Virus record (IMG/VR): IMGVR_UViG_3300042890_000947
Coordinates: 22,230-86,229 of that record
DNA from: a virus
Strand: one strand, 5' to 3'
Length of the DNA: 64,000 nt
Position 1 is the first letter of the stretch, and each line of letters opens with the position of its first letter. This document shows positions 29,317-35,716 of this stretch, piece after piece. The notes beneath the pieces were generated by a model. That model saw only the letters and a program-made list of their open reading frames with translations, was not told where the DNA came from and did no database searches. A program made the position numbers and the translations under genes.

Positions 29317-29532
29317 ATGAGAGTCCAAATGTCTGTTTTTCGTTCCGATGATATGGATCTCAAAGCTATTGTATATTACAATCCTCATAATGATCAGTAT
29401 GAAATCGATTATTGTAAAAATGGATTCTTAGTAACGACCGAATCATATCAAGATCGAGGTCTTATTCATCATGAAGATGCGGCCGAGAACTATGTATATG
29501 GAATCAAAAAGATTGAAGGTAAAATGTCCTAA
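29317..29532 (+). CDS. Hypothetical protein
   Basis: GAGG RBS; EDAAENYVYG motif. Confidence 0.55.
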   Translation: MRVQMSVFRSDDMDLKAIVYYNPHNDQYEIDYCKNGFLVTTESYQDRGLIHHEDAAENYVYGIKKIEGKMS

Positions 29533-29625
29533 ATGTAAGAAGACTTTCAAAGGAGATGATTATATCGATGCTCTTTTGAATTGTCCGTACTATACATGTG
29601 GACTGAAACAATCTACAGTGAATAA

Positions 29626-29717
29626 TGGCGTGGGTGTTGGTACACAAGAGGGCCTTATAAACCCTTTAGCAGTAGATGACTGTTCTCGACTAGGATCGAA
29701 ACCTAGCACGCCAACCA
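29626..29717 (+). tRNA. Non-canonical tRNA with TAT (Ile) anticodon, 4-nt D-loop, long V-arm
   Basis: TGGCGTG/CACGCCA-A-CCA; GTGT-TGGT-ACAC; loop CTTATAA; AGCAGT/ACTGTT; CTAGG-ATCGAAA-CCTAG. Confidence 0.7.
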
Positions 29718-29733
29718 AATTAGGAAGATGAAG

Positions 29734-29934
29734 ATGATTACGAAGATGGAAATGAATATCGGTGAGATTTTGGATCTTGCTGCTTGGCTTGAAAAGCACG
29801 GCCTAAAGCGAACACACCGAGTTGTAATCGAACAGGAATGTGGCAACGGTATTGGTACCGCGACACAGGCCAGAGTTAAGACTACTGAATCGGAAGGCAT
29901 CTTTATCGATATCACCGATTATGATGTATGGTGA
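29734..29934 (+). CDS. Hypothetical protein
   Basis: NGIG..DITDYDVW. Confidence 0.55.
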   Translation: MITKMEMNIGEILDLAAWLEKHGLKRTHRVVIEQECGNGIGTATQARVKTTESEGIFIDITDYDVW

Positions 29935-29938
29935 TGAT

Positions 29939-30118
29939 ATGAACGAATGGCTTGATAAAGGACTTTTCTGTATTGGTTGGGTCAGCTTTATGTGGATTGC
30001 TGATTTGCTTTTGAGTAATACTGGCGTTACGAGTTATGGCGCTCTAATGATTGGTGCTCTATCTATTACAGCGGTAGGACTTATTAAACAATATCGGGCG
30101 AGTGTGGTGAAACGGTAG
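29939..30118 (+). CDS. Small membrane protein running into tRNA-Leu
   Basis: Two hydrophobic segments. Confidence 0.4.
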   Translation: MNEWLDKGLFCIGWVSFMWIADLLLSNTGVTSYGALMIGALSITAVGLIKQYRASVVKR

Positions 30119-30179
30119 ACACAGTGGTCTCAAAATCCACCGCGTAAGCATGGGGGTTCAAGTCCCTCCACTCGCACCA
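30098..30179 (+). tRNA. tRNA-Leu(CAA)
   Basis: Loop CTCAAAA; V-arm; CCA. Confidence 0.9.
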
Positions 30180-30198
30180 AAAATAAATTTTATAATAC

Positions 30199-30229
30199 TT
30201 GACAATCCAGATTGGATGTGATATAAATA
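30199..30229 (+). promoter_or_regulatory. Dual sigma70 / late promoter
   Basis: TTGACA-N17-TATAAATA; shares GGATGTGATATAAATA with the hsp20 promoter. Confidence 0.75.
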
Positions 30230-30266
30230 AGAATACAAGTTAATAAGAGAATCGTTCCAACAAAAA

Positions 30267-30350
30267 ATGAAACACCATTATTGCCCCATTGCGAATAATC
30301 AACCAAAAGGTCGTCCATCATGGGCAGGCAACGGGGGTTCTATGATTTGA
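30267..30350 (+). CDS. Putative attenuator leader peptide (27 aa)
   Basis: MKHHYCPIANNQPKGRPSWAGNGGSMI; its 3' end GGGGTTCT is complementary to the terminator 5' arm. Confidence 0.6.
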   Translation: MKHHYCPIANNQPKGRPSWAGNGGSMI

Positions 30351-30376
30351 GTCTTGTTACAGACTTAGATTCTTAA

Positions 30377-30408
30377 AGAACCCCGATGAGGAAACTCTCG
30401 GGGTTTTT
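30377..30408 (+). terminator. Rho-independent terminator (attenuator)
   Basis: AGAACCCCGA-T-GAG-GAAA-CTC-TCGGGG followed by TTTTT. Confidence 0.85.
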
Positions 30409-30411
30409 AGT

Positions 30412-30484
30412 TATGCGAAATAAACATAGCTGCCATGCAAAACAAAACATTGAAAAACAGACTTGCAGGCATTATCTATAGTAT
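30412..30484 (+). promoter_or_regulatory. 73-bp composite early promoter, copy 2
   Basis: Ungapped match to copies at 26711, 59768, 59894. Confidence 0.75.
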
Positions 30485-30510
30485 GTGAGAGATTGAGAGA
30501 AGGAGGGGCG

Positions 30511-30705
30511 ATGCTTCACTTCGTAGGGTTTAAAGGCGACGAATACCTTCGGGCTTGTCGCGTGTTTGGTTTACCAGATTTCATCCATCCGGGATGGGAT
30601 CTTCGTGCTCGACGGGAGATAACTCCCGATGATACCGTTGTCTTTGCTACTGGCTCTTTTAATCAGGAGCCGCGTAGTCGATCCTTTAGTGATCTCAAAG
30701 AATAA
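30511..30705 (+). CDS. Hypothetical protein
   Basis: AGGAGG RBS; LHFVGF..VFGLPDFIH..WD. Confidence 0.65.
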   Translation: MLHFVGFKGDEYLRACRVFGLPDFIHPGWDLRARREITPDDTVVFATGSFNQEPRSRSFSDLKE

Positions 30706-30756
30706 CGGCTTGCTGATTTACATTGTTAAGTTCCTAGAGATAACGAAAGTTATCTC

Positions 30757-30850
30757 TTCCGAGACACACCAGACAGGACGACAGGTTGGTTCGAAACGTC
30801 TGCGTCCGATACTAGCTTATCGAACTAAACTAGCTGGTGTGTCGCGGAAG
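30757..30850 (+). ncRNA. Candidate kissing-loop three-way-junction RNA A
   Basis: CTTCCG-A-GACACACCAG/CTGGTGTGTC-G-CGGAAG closing stem; loops GTTCGA and TCGAAC complementary. Confidence 0.6.
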
Positions 30851-30863
30851 TGATAAGTTTTAT

Positions 30864-30940
30864 TCCCTTGGAGCCGGGTTGGTACCGGCACCTGACTGTT
30901 AATCAGGCCGTTATAGGTTCGAATCCTATTAAGGGAGCCA
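30864..30940 (+). tRNA. tRNA-Asn(GTT)
   Basis: CCTGA-CTGTTAA-TCAGG; G73 CCA. Confidence 0.92.
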
Positions 30941-30944
30941 ATAT

Positions 30945-31019
30945 GCGGGTATAGCTCAGAGGTAGAGCGTCACGTTGCCAACGTGAATGTCGTGGGTTCG
31001 ATCCCCATTTCCCGCTCCA
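30945..31019 (+). tRNA. tRNA-Gly(GCC)
   Basis: TCACG-TTGCCAA-CGTGA; U73. Confidence 0.92.
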
Positions 31020-31023
31020 ATAC

Positions 31024-31098
31024 GCGCCAGTAGCTCAGTGGTAGAGCAGCGGTCTCTTAAACCGACGGTCAAGAGTTCAATTCTCTTCTGGCACACCA
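31024..31098 (+). tRNA. tRNA-Lys(CTT)
   Basis: Loop CTCTTAA; CCA. Confidence 0.9.
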
Positions 31099-31104
31099 AT
31101 CCAT

Positions 31105-31178
31105 GGTCTTGTAGTGAATGGATATCACACCTCTCTGTCTAAGAGGAGTAACGAGTTTGAGCCTCGTCAAGATCGCCA
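31105..31178 (+). tRNA. tRNA-Asp(GTC)
   Basis: CCTCT-CTGTCTA-AGAGG; G73. Confidence 0.88.
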
Positions 31179-31371
31179 ATAACAGCCCACCTCTTGACAA
31201 TGTGGGTGCCTGACATACGGGCTTGGGGAGAGATATAAAGTATTAAGATATGAAACTCCTCCACCATTTAGTACGCCGAGCATCCTTCGGGATACGCTGG
31301 GTAGGGTTGACGGCACCCTCGCAGTACGAAAGCCGTTATTCTATTAGCGACACAGTGTAACGCTACAGTTT

Positions 31372-31396
31372 TATAAATACTCTCAAAAGGAGTATT
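31372..31396 (+). promoter_or_regulatory. Late promoter overlapping an SD-sequestering hairpin
   Basis: TATAAATA; AATACTCT-CAAAA-GGAGTATT hides GGAG. Confidence 0.75.
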
Positions 31397-31398
31397 CT

Positions 31399-31719
31399 AT
31401 GAAAATCTGTAAACACTGTGGAGAAGAACACAACATGCGCGGCCTATCGTGTAGAGTTTGTAAGGACAATCTGTATAACTATAACATGAACAGAAATGAT
31501 GTTCTTACTCTACATGAGAGTCAAAATGGCAAATGTGCTTTGTGTGATAAAGAAGTTAAGATGTTTAATGGTGGTAGTTACAAAAGCGGTAACGTTGACC
31601 ATTGCCATAAAAATGGAACAGTAAGAGGCATACTTTGCCATCAATGTAACACTTTCGTTGGTTACATGGAAAATAAAGTTCCGTTCTATAAGTTAAAAAG
31701 TTATCTGGGTGTAGCGTAA
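31399..31719 (+). CDS. Endonuclease VII-like HNH (homing-type) nuclease
   Basis: QNGKCALC..VDHCHKNGTVRGILCHQCN. Confidence 0.85.
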   Translation: MKICKHCGEEHNMRGLSCRVCKDNLYNYNMNRNDVLTLHESQNGKCALCDKEVKMFNGGSYKSGNVDHCHKNGTVRGILCHQCNTFVGYMENKVPFYKLKSYLGVA

Positions 31720-31782
31720 TCTGGTTATCGCGTCTGCTTTGGGAGCAGAAGACTGAGGGTTCAAATCCTTCCACCCAGACCA
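31705..31782 (+). tRNA. tRNA-Pro(TGG) copy 1
   Basis: TCTGC-TTTGGGA-GCAGA. Confidence 0.92.
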
Positions 31783-31856
31783 ATTTAGTAAGCCCCTAAA
31801 GGGAACGCCGGGTCACTCCCGAGCCGAAGCGAAGGAAACTTCGCCGAGTTTTAAAA

Positions 31857-31935
31857 CAGTGTGTAGGGGAGTCTGGCCGTCCCCACTACCCTTGGAAGGT
31901 AGGGATCGGTGGTTCAAATCCACCTACACTGACCA
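31857..31935 (+). tRNA. tRNA-Pro(TGG) copy 2 (A37)
   Basis: CTACC-CTTGGAA-GGTAG; C1-G72, A73. Confidence 0.85.
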
Positions 31936-31938
31936 ATC

Positions 31939-32027
31939 GCTGGATTACTATAGAGATGGTAGGTGCACTCTGTCTCTTGTGCGTACCAGTAGAGGACAGG
32001 CTGACACCTCTATAAAAACGCGCCAGC
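31939..32027 (+). ncRNA. Candidate kissing-loop RNA B
   Basis: GCTGG/CCAGC and TATAGAG/CTCTATA closing stems; loops CTGTCT and GGACAG complementary. Confidence 0.5.
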
Positions 32028-32033
32028 AATTCT

Positions 32034-32108
32034 ATCAGTGTGGTGTAGCGGTAACATGCCGGTCTCCAAAACCGTGCGTCTAGGGTTCAAATCCTTACAC
32101 TGATGCCA
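32034..32108 (+). tRNA. tRNA-Trp(CCA)
   Basis: Loop CTCCAAA; G73. Confidence 0.9.
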
Positions 32109-32113
32109 ATAAT

Positions 32114-32188
32114 GGGGTGCTGATGATAACGGGAGCATGCCGCCCTTGCAAGGCGGACGACAGGGTTCGATTCCCTGGCATTCCACCA
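32114..32188 (+). tRNA. tRNA-Ala(TGC)
   Basis: CCGCC-CTTGCAA-GGCGG; G3:U70. Confidence 0.9.
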
Positions 32189-32306
32189 GTTTGACTTGAT
32201 TACTTACGCTTGAGACACCATCCGCTTGAGGTTGGAATAATGTTATCAAGATAAGTCGCCAAATATCAAGCACATTCGTACCGACCGCGTGAGGTACAGC
32301 AGTTTT

Positions 32307-32392
32307 GGGTGAGCGGCAACGACGGCGAGTTGCGGCGGACTGTAAATCCCCTGTCTAGTACTTAGTTGGTTCGAATCCAACCTCACCCACCA
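32307..32392 (+). tRNA. tRNA-Tyr(GTA)
   Basis: Loop CTGTAAA; V-arm; A73. Confidence 0.88.
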
Positions 32393-32398
32393 AATTAT

Positions 32399-32610
32399 CC
32401 AGTATTCTAGACATGCTGGAGAGACCTCGCAAGACTATCAGAGGGGAATGCTTGCTAATATCGGATTGCTTACCTCAATAAGCGCAATGGGCTGAACCGA
32501 TAGGGTGTAAAGAATAAGAACTTGCCGAAAGGCATACGAAGCAGGCCTAGTGGTCGGTAGAAATGGCAGGGCATGAGCCCGTGCGCTCTGGGTGTAGAAA
32601 TACCCGACCA
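32399..32610 (+). ncRNA. Candidate ~210-nt multi-stem ncRNA ending in CCA
   Basis: Non-coding gap between tRNAs with many stems (CCAGTA/TGCTGG, TATCGG/CCGATA, TGCC-GAAA-GGCA, GGTC/GACC-A). Confidence 0.5.
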
Positions 32611-32620
32611 ATTAATTTAC

Positions 32621-32695
32621 TGGCGCATAGCTCAGAGGTAGAGCACTGTCCTGATAAGACAGGGGTGGAAGGATCGTTACCTTCTGTGCCAACCA
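32621..32695 (+). tRNA. tRNA-Ile(GAT)
   Basis: CTGTC-CTGATAA-GACAG. Confidence 0.9.
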
Positions 32696-32696
32696 A

Positions 32697-33086
32697 TTAC
32701 TGCTGACTTGGAGCAATGTCGTATGGAATACGCTTCTTCTTTTTCTTCGGTGGCGGTGTAGGCTTAGGCACAGGCATTACAACAGGCTTCTGCTTTGCTG
32801 CCTTAAGTTCCTTGTTGAGTTGATTGATAACAAGTCTTTGATCCTCAACCTTTGTATTAAGATAATCAACATCTTCCGTTAGAGTTGTGATCTGACCTTC
32901 AAGATCAGTCTTCTCTTTGATAACAACTTCAAGGTTATGTTGTGCTATTGATGCTTGTTCCTGATATTGCTTAGCCGAGGCATAATAGTTTCTGGCTTCA
33001 AATAAAAGATAGAACGTTGTGAAAACTGAAATGGCACAAAGCAAAAGTAATAACAGTGTTGGCATAGTTCTAAGTCCTTTTTTCAT
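32697..33086 (-). CDS. Membrane-anchored coiled-coil protein (antisense within tRNA array)
   Basis: N-term TM, heptad region, Pro/Lys tail; fills the gap between two tRNAs. Confidence 0.6.
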   Translation of the reverse strand: MKKGLRTMPTLLLLLLCAISVFTTFYLLFEARNYYASAKQYQEQASIAQHNLEVVIKEKTDLEGQITTLTEDVDYLNTKVEDQRLVINQLNKELKAAKQKPVVMPVPKPTPPPKKKKKRIPYDIAPSQQ

Positions 33087-33129
33087 AGTGCTAATCCTGT
33101 AGTAGACATTTAAAGTATATAGTTAATAT

Positions 33130-33203
33130 TGGGAGATCGTCTAAAGGTAGGACGCAGGATTTTGATTCCTGCTATCTAGGTTCGAATCCTAGTCTCCCAG
33201 CCA
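33130..33203 (+). tRNA. tRNA-Gln(TTG)
   Basis: Loop TTTTGAT; U1-A72. Confidence 0.92.
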
Positions 33204-33206
33204 ATT

Positions 33207-33281
33207 GAACCCTTAACTCAGTGGTAGAGTAGCGGGCTTTTAATCCGTCTGTCCTGGGTTCGAATCCCAGAGGGTTCTCCA
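33207..33281 (+). tRNA. tRNA-Lys(TTT)
   Basis: Loop CTTTTAA; U73. Confidence 0.88.
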
Positions 33282-33286
33282 AATAT

Positions 33287-33361
33287 GGTTCCATCGACTA
33301 TCGGTTAGGTCAGGTCCCTTTCAAGGATCAGAGGCGGGTTCGACTCCCGCTGGAACTACCA
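33287..33361 (+). tRNA. tRNA-Glu(TTC)
   Basis: Loop CTTTCAA. Confidence 0.9.
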
Positions 33362-33372
33362 ATCAAGGAGTT

Positions 33373-33507
33373 ATGATGTTCAAACTCACTTCATTATCTG
33401 CTATCGGAGCTAAGTCGTTGGCCAAGCAGTATGTGAGATTCGGTTACAAACTGGTCTCACAAATTTATGACAAGAAGAAAGAGATATACATTAGTACATT
33501 TAAGTAA
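33373..33507 (+). CDS. Hypothetical protein (44 aa)
   Basis: AGGAG RBS; MMFKLTSLSAIGAKSLAKQYVRFGYKLVSQ... Confidence 0.5.
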   Translation: MMFKLTSLSAIGAKSLAKQYVRFGYKLVSQIYDKKKEIYISTFK

Positions 33508-33510
33508 TAA

Positions 33511-33586
33511 GGCGGATAGGACAAAGAAGGTAAGTCGTCGGTCTCATAAGCCGAAGGAGTTGGGGCAGATCCAACATCCGCAACCA
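33511..33586 (+). tRNA. tRNA-CAT, initiator-like with atypical T-loop
   Basis: 1:72 mismatch; TCGGT-CTCATAA-GCCGA; T-loop GGCAGAT. Confidence 0.7.
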
Positions 33587-33587
33587 A

Positions 33588-33662
33588 CCCGTTTTAGTTC
33601 AATGGTTAGAACGCATGTCTGTGGAACATGATACGGTGGTTCGATTCCACCACTCGGGACCA
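33588..33662 (+). tRNA. tRNA-His(GTG), no G-1, A73
   Basis: CATGT-CTGTGGA-ACATG; two acceptor-stem mismatches. Confidence 0.8.
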
Positions 33663-33715
33663 CTTTGTTCATTCATTTGTACATATAGACGCTTCGCGTA
33701 CAAACGAATAGACAT

Positions 33716-33789
33716 TGCCGGGTCGTCTAACGGTAGGACGCATGACTCTGACTCATGCTATCGTGGTTCGAATCCATGCCTGGCAGCCA
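33716..33789 (+). tRNA. tRNA-Gln(CTG)
   Basis: CATGA-CTCTGAC-TCATG. Confidence 0.9.
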
Positions 33790-33805
33790 GAATAAATAAG
33801 TTAAT

Positions 33806-33881
33806 GGAGCCGTAGCAAAACGATTAATGCGCGGGACTGCAAATCCTTGAGGTATCAGTTTGAATCTGATCGGCTCCTCCA
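33806..33881 (+). tRNA. tRNA-Cys(GCA)
   Basis: Loop CTGCAAA; U73. Confidence 0.85.
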
Positions 33882-33886
33882 ATAAT

Positions 33887-33978
33887 GCATTCGTATCCCC
33901 CTCCGCTACGAACGGAGAGAAAGGTAACTGGAAATGGTATAACAACTAATGCAGGTTCGAATCCTGTCGAATGCTCCA
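33887..33978 (+). tRNA. Non-canonical tRNA-Arg(ACG) lacking a D-arm at the normal position
   Basis: GCATTCG/CGAATGC-T-CCA; CTCCG-CTACGAA-CGGAG; long variable region; GCAGG-TTCGAAT-CCTGT. Confidence 0.7.
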
Positions 33979-33994
33979 TTAAAGGAAAAAATTA

Positions 33995-34342
33995 ATGAAG
34001 CTTATTAAAACTTTAATTGCTACATCATTTTTATTTGTGGCAATGCCTTCTGCTCATGCTACCGTTGCTTCCTGGTATGATTGTGTGAAACCGGGTGAAT
34101 GTAGTAAGAGCAAGATTACTGCTAACGGGGAAAGATTTAACCCCAATGCGTTGACAGCGGCGCATAAGACTCTTCCTTTCGGTACAAAAGTTCGTATTAC
34201 CTATAAGGGAAGGTCAGTTGTCGTGAGAATAAATGATCGCGGCCCATTTATTAAGGGTCGTCATATTGATCTTTCCAGGGCTGCTGCTCGGAAGATTGGA
34301 TGTCATGGAGTTTGTAAAGTACAAATAGCTGTGATAAAATAA
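33995..34342 (+). CDS. RlpA-like double-psi beta-barrel lytic transglycosylase
   Basis: Signal peptide; [31 protein letters not shown]. Confidence 0.9.
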   Translation: MKLIKTLIATSFLFVAMPSAHATVASWYDCVKPGECSKSKITANGERFNPNALTAAHKTLPFGTKVRITYKGRSVVVRINDRGPFIKGRHIDLSRAAARKIGCHGVCKVQIAVIK

Positions 34343-34441
34343 TATGTGTTAGAGGTTTGTGAGTGGACTGTAATTGACTGGAAACTCTCGTTAATCATAA
34401 AAGTGGAGGGCGTAACCACTATAAGAAATCGCATCGAATTT

Positions 34442-34529
34442 GGATAGATGGCCGAGCGGCTGAAGGCGCCAGTCTTGAAAACTGGAGAACAGAAATGTTT
34501 CGTGGGTTCGAATCCTACTCTATCCGCCA
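34442..34529 (+). tRNA. tRNA-Ser(TGA)
   Basis: CCAGT-CTTGAAA-ACTGG; V-arm; G73. Confidence 0.95.
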
Positions 34530-34532
34530 CTT

Positions 34533-34638
34533 TCGGGACGCAGCCAGAGTAACTGAGACAACTGGCTTAATGAGTAACTGCTGGCAAAGCCGCTAAATGA
34601 CTTTCTCAGGTCGTGCAGAGGCTCACGTACCCGATCCA
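34533..34638 (+). ncRNA. Candidate kissing-loop RNA C with acceptor-like stem and UCCA end
   Basis: TCGGG-ACG/CGT-A-CCCGA-TCCA; loops CTGAGA and TCTCAG complementary. Confidence 0.6.
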
Positions 34639-34655
34639 ATTAAAAGGAAAACAAT

Positions 34656-34802
34656 ATGAGTAAAGACTGTGGTTGCGGAAGAAGTCCAACTGGAAAATGT
34701 ATTGGTTGGCATGGGTTGACAAACGAAGATTATTCTGCTAAACTTAAAGAATACGAAAAGAAGCAGTTAATGGAATCTGCCCCACAACTACTAAAGGAAT
34801 AA
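34656..34802 (+). CDS. CDGSH-like iron-sulfur miniprotein (48 aa)
   Basis: CGCGRSPTGKCIGWH; AAGGA RBS. Confidence 0.6.
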   Translation: MSKDCGCGRSPTGKCIGWHGLTNEDYSAKLKEYEKKQLMESAPQLLKE

Positions 34803-34804
34803 AT

Positions 34805-34880
34805 GTGTTCTTGGTGAAGCTGGTGCTCACGTTCGCCTGAAGAGCGAAAGAACTCTGTTCGATCCAGAGAGAACACACCA
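34805..34880 (+). tRNA. tRNA-Phe(GAA)
   Basis: TTCGC-CTGAAGA-GCGAA. Confidence 0.88.
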
Positions 34881-34958
34881 AATCGCATATATTATAAATA
34901 AGTATATACACTATGTTGTATGTTACTAATACGTAATCGTGAAAAGAGGAATACAAAA

Positions 34959-35585
34959 ATGAAGTTTATTGTTTTAATCGGCGCAGTAGCACTGGCCGCA
35001 ACTACTTTCACTCCACTCGCTCATGCCAGTGCCGCTCTTGGCGGCCTTGACAAGCAATGTTATAATGCTCTTCGCAAGGAATGGTCTGGTTGTAATAAGG
35101 GATCAGGCGCAGATAATAAGAATCTTCCAGACTTTAAGTTTAATCCGAAGTCTCACGGCAAGCCAGGAAAGCCAGGCGGTAACGGTGGCAATGGTAATGG
35201 CAACGGCGGTACCGATAACGGCGGTGATGGCAACAACGGCGGTGGCGATAATGGCAACGGAGGCGACAACGGTAACGGAGGCGACAATGGAGGCGATAAC
35301 GGTAACGGTGGTGATAACGGTAATGGCGGTGACAATGGCAACGGTGGCAATAATGGCGGCGATGGTGGTTGCCAAGGAGCTGGCGGCGGTAACTGCGGCA
35401 TAGGAAACGGTGGCGGTGGTGGTAATGGAACCGGCAACGAAGGTAATGGCAACGGCCCTGGAGATAATAGCAATCAGCCCGACAATAACAACGGCGGTGG
35501 TAATAACTCAAACTCTCCTCAACTCAACAGCAATGACATAAAGGGTTTTGATCCTTCCACCGGTCTATACGGCCCTGGTACCTAA
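34959..35585 (+). CDS. Exported Gly/Asn/Asp-rich repeat protein
   Basis: Signal peptide; (GGDNGN)n; late TATAAATA at 34893. Confidence 0.7.
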   Translation: MKFIVLIGAVALAATTFTPLAHASAALGGLDKQCYNALRKEWSGCNKGSGADNKNLPDFKFNPKSHGKPGKPGGNGGNGNGNGGTDNGGDGNNGGGDNGNGGDNGNGGDNGGDNGNGGDNGNGGDNGNGGNNGGDGGCQGAGGGNCGIGNGGGGGNGTGNEGNGNGPGDNSNQPDNNNGGGNNSNSPQLNSNDIKGFDPSTGLYGPGT

Positions 35586-35594
35586 TCACACAAA

Positions 35595-35670
35595 GCGTCT
35601 TGGGAGGTGTTGGCAATCTCATCGGTCTCATAAGCCGAACAACCCAGTTCGAAACTTGGAAGACGCACCA
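35595..35670 (+). tRNA. tRNA-Met(CAT), elongator-like
   Basis: Paired G1-C72; loop CTCATAA. Confidence 0.8.
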
Positions 35671-35716
35671 AACTAAATACTTCACGGTCAATCAAGGCCA
35701 ATAATGAGGTATTAAC

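Noticed and set aside
31224-31266. GGGG..CTCCACCA as tmRNA
   Set aside because: No T-arm, no tag reading frame, far too short
31271-31338. HDV-like/theta or hammerhead ribozyme
   Set aside because: CCTCGC and GAAA are present, but P1/P1.1/P4 and the CUGANGA core are missing; kept only as an unknown pseudoknot
34345-34437. Another kissing-loop RNA after rlpA
   Set aside because: Two hairpins are present, but loop complementarity and closing stem are too weak to call
35170-35510. Repetitive GGC/AAC tract as CRISPR or tandem DNA repeat; Pro- and His/Arg-rich ORFs in other frames
   Set aside because: Codon-level repeats of a Gly/Asn/Asp protein; no repeat-spacer periodicity; other frames are shadows
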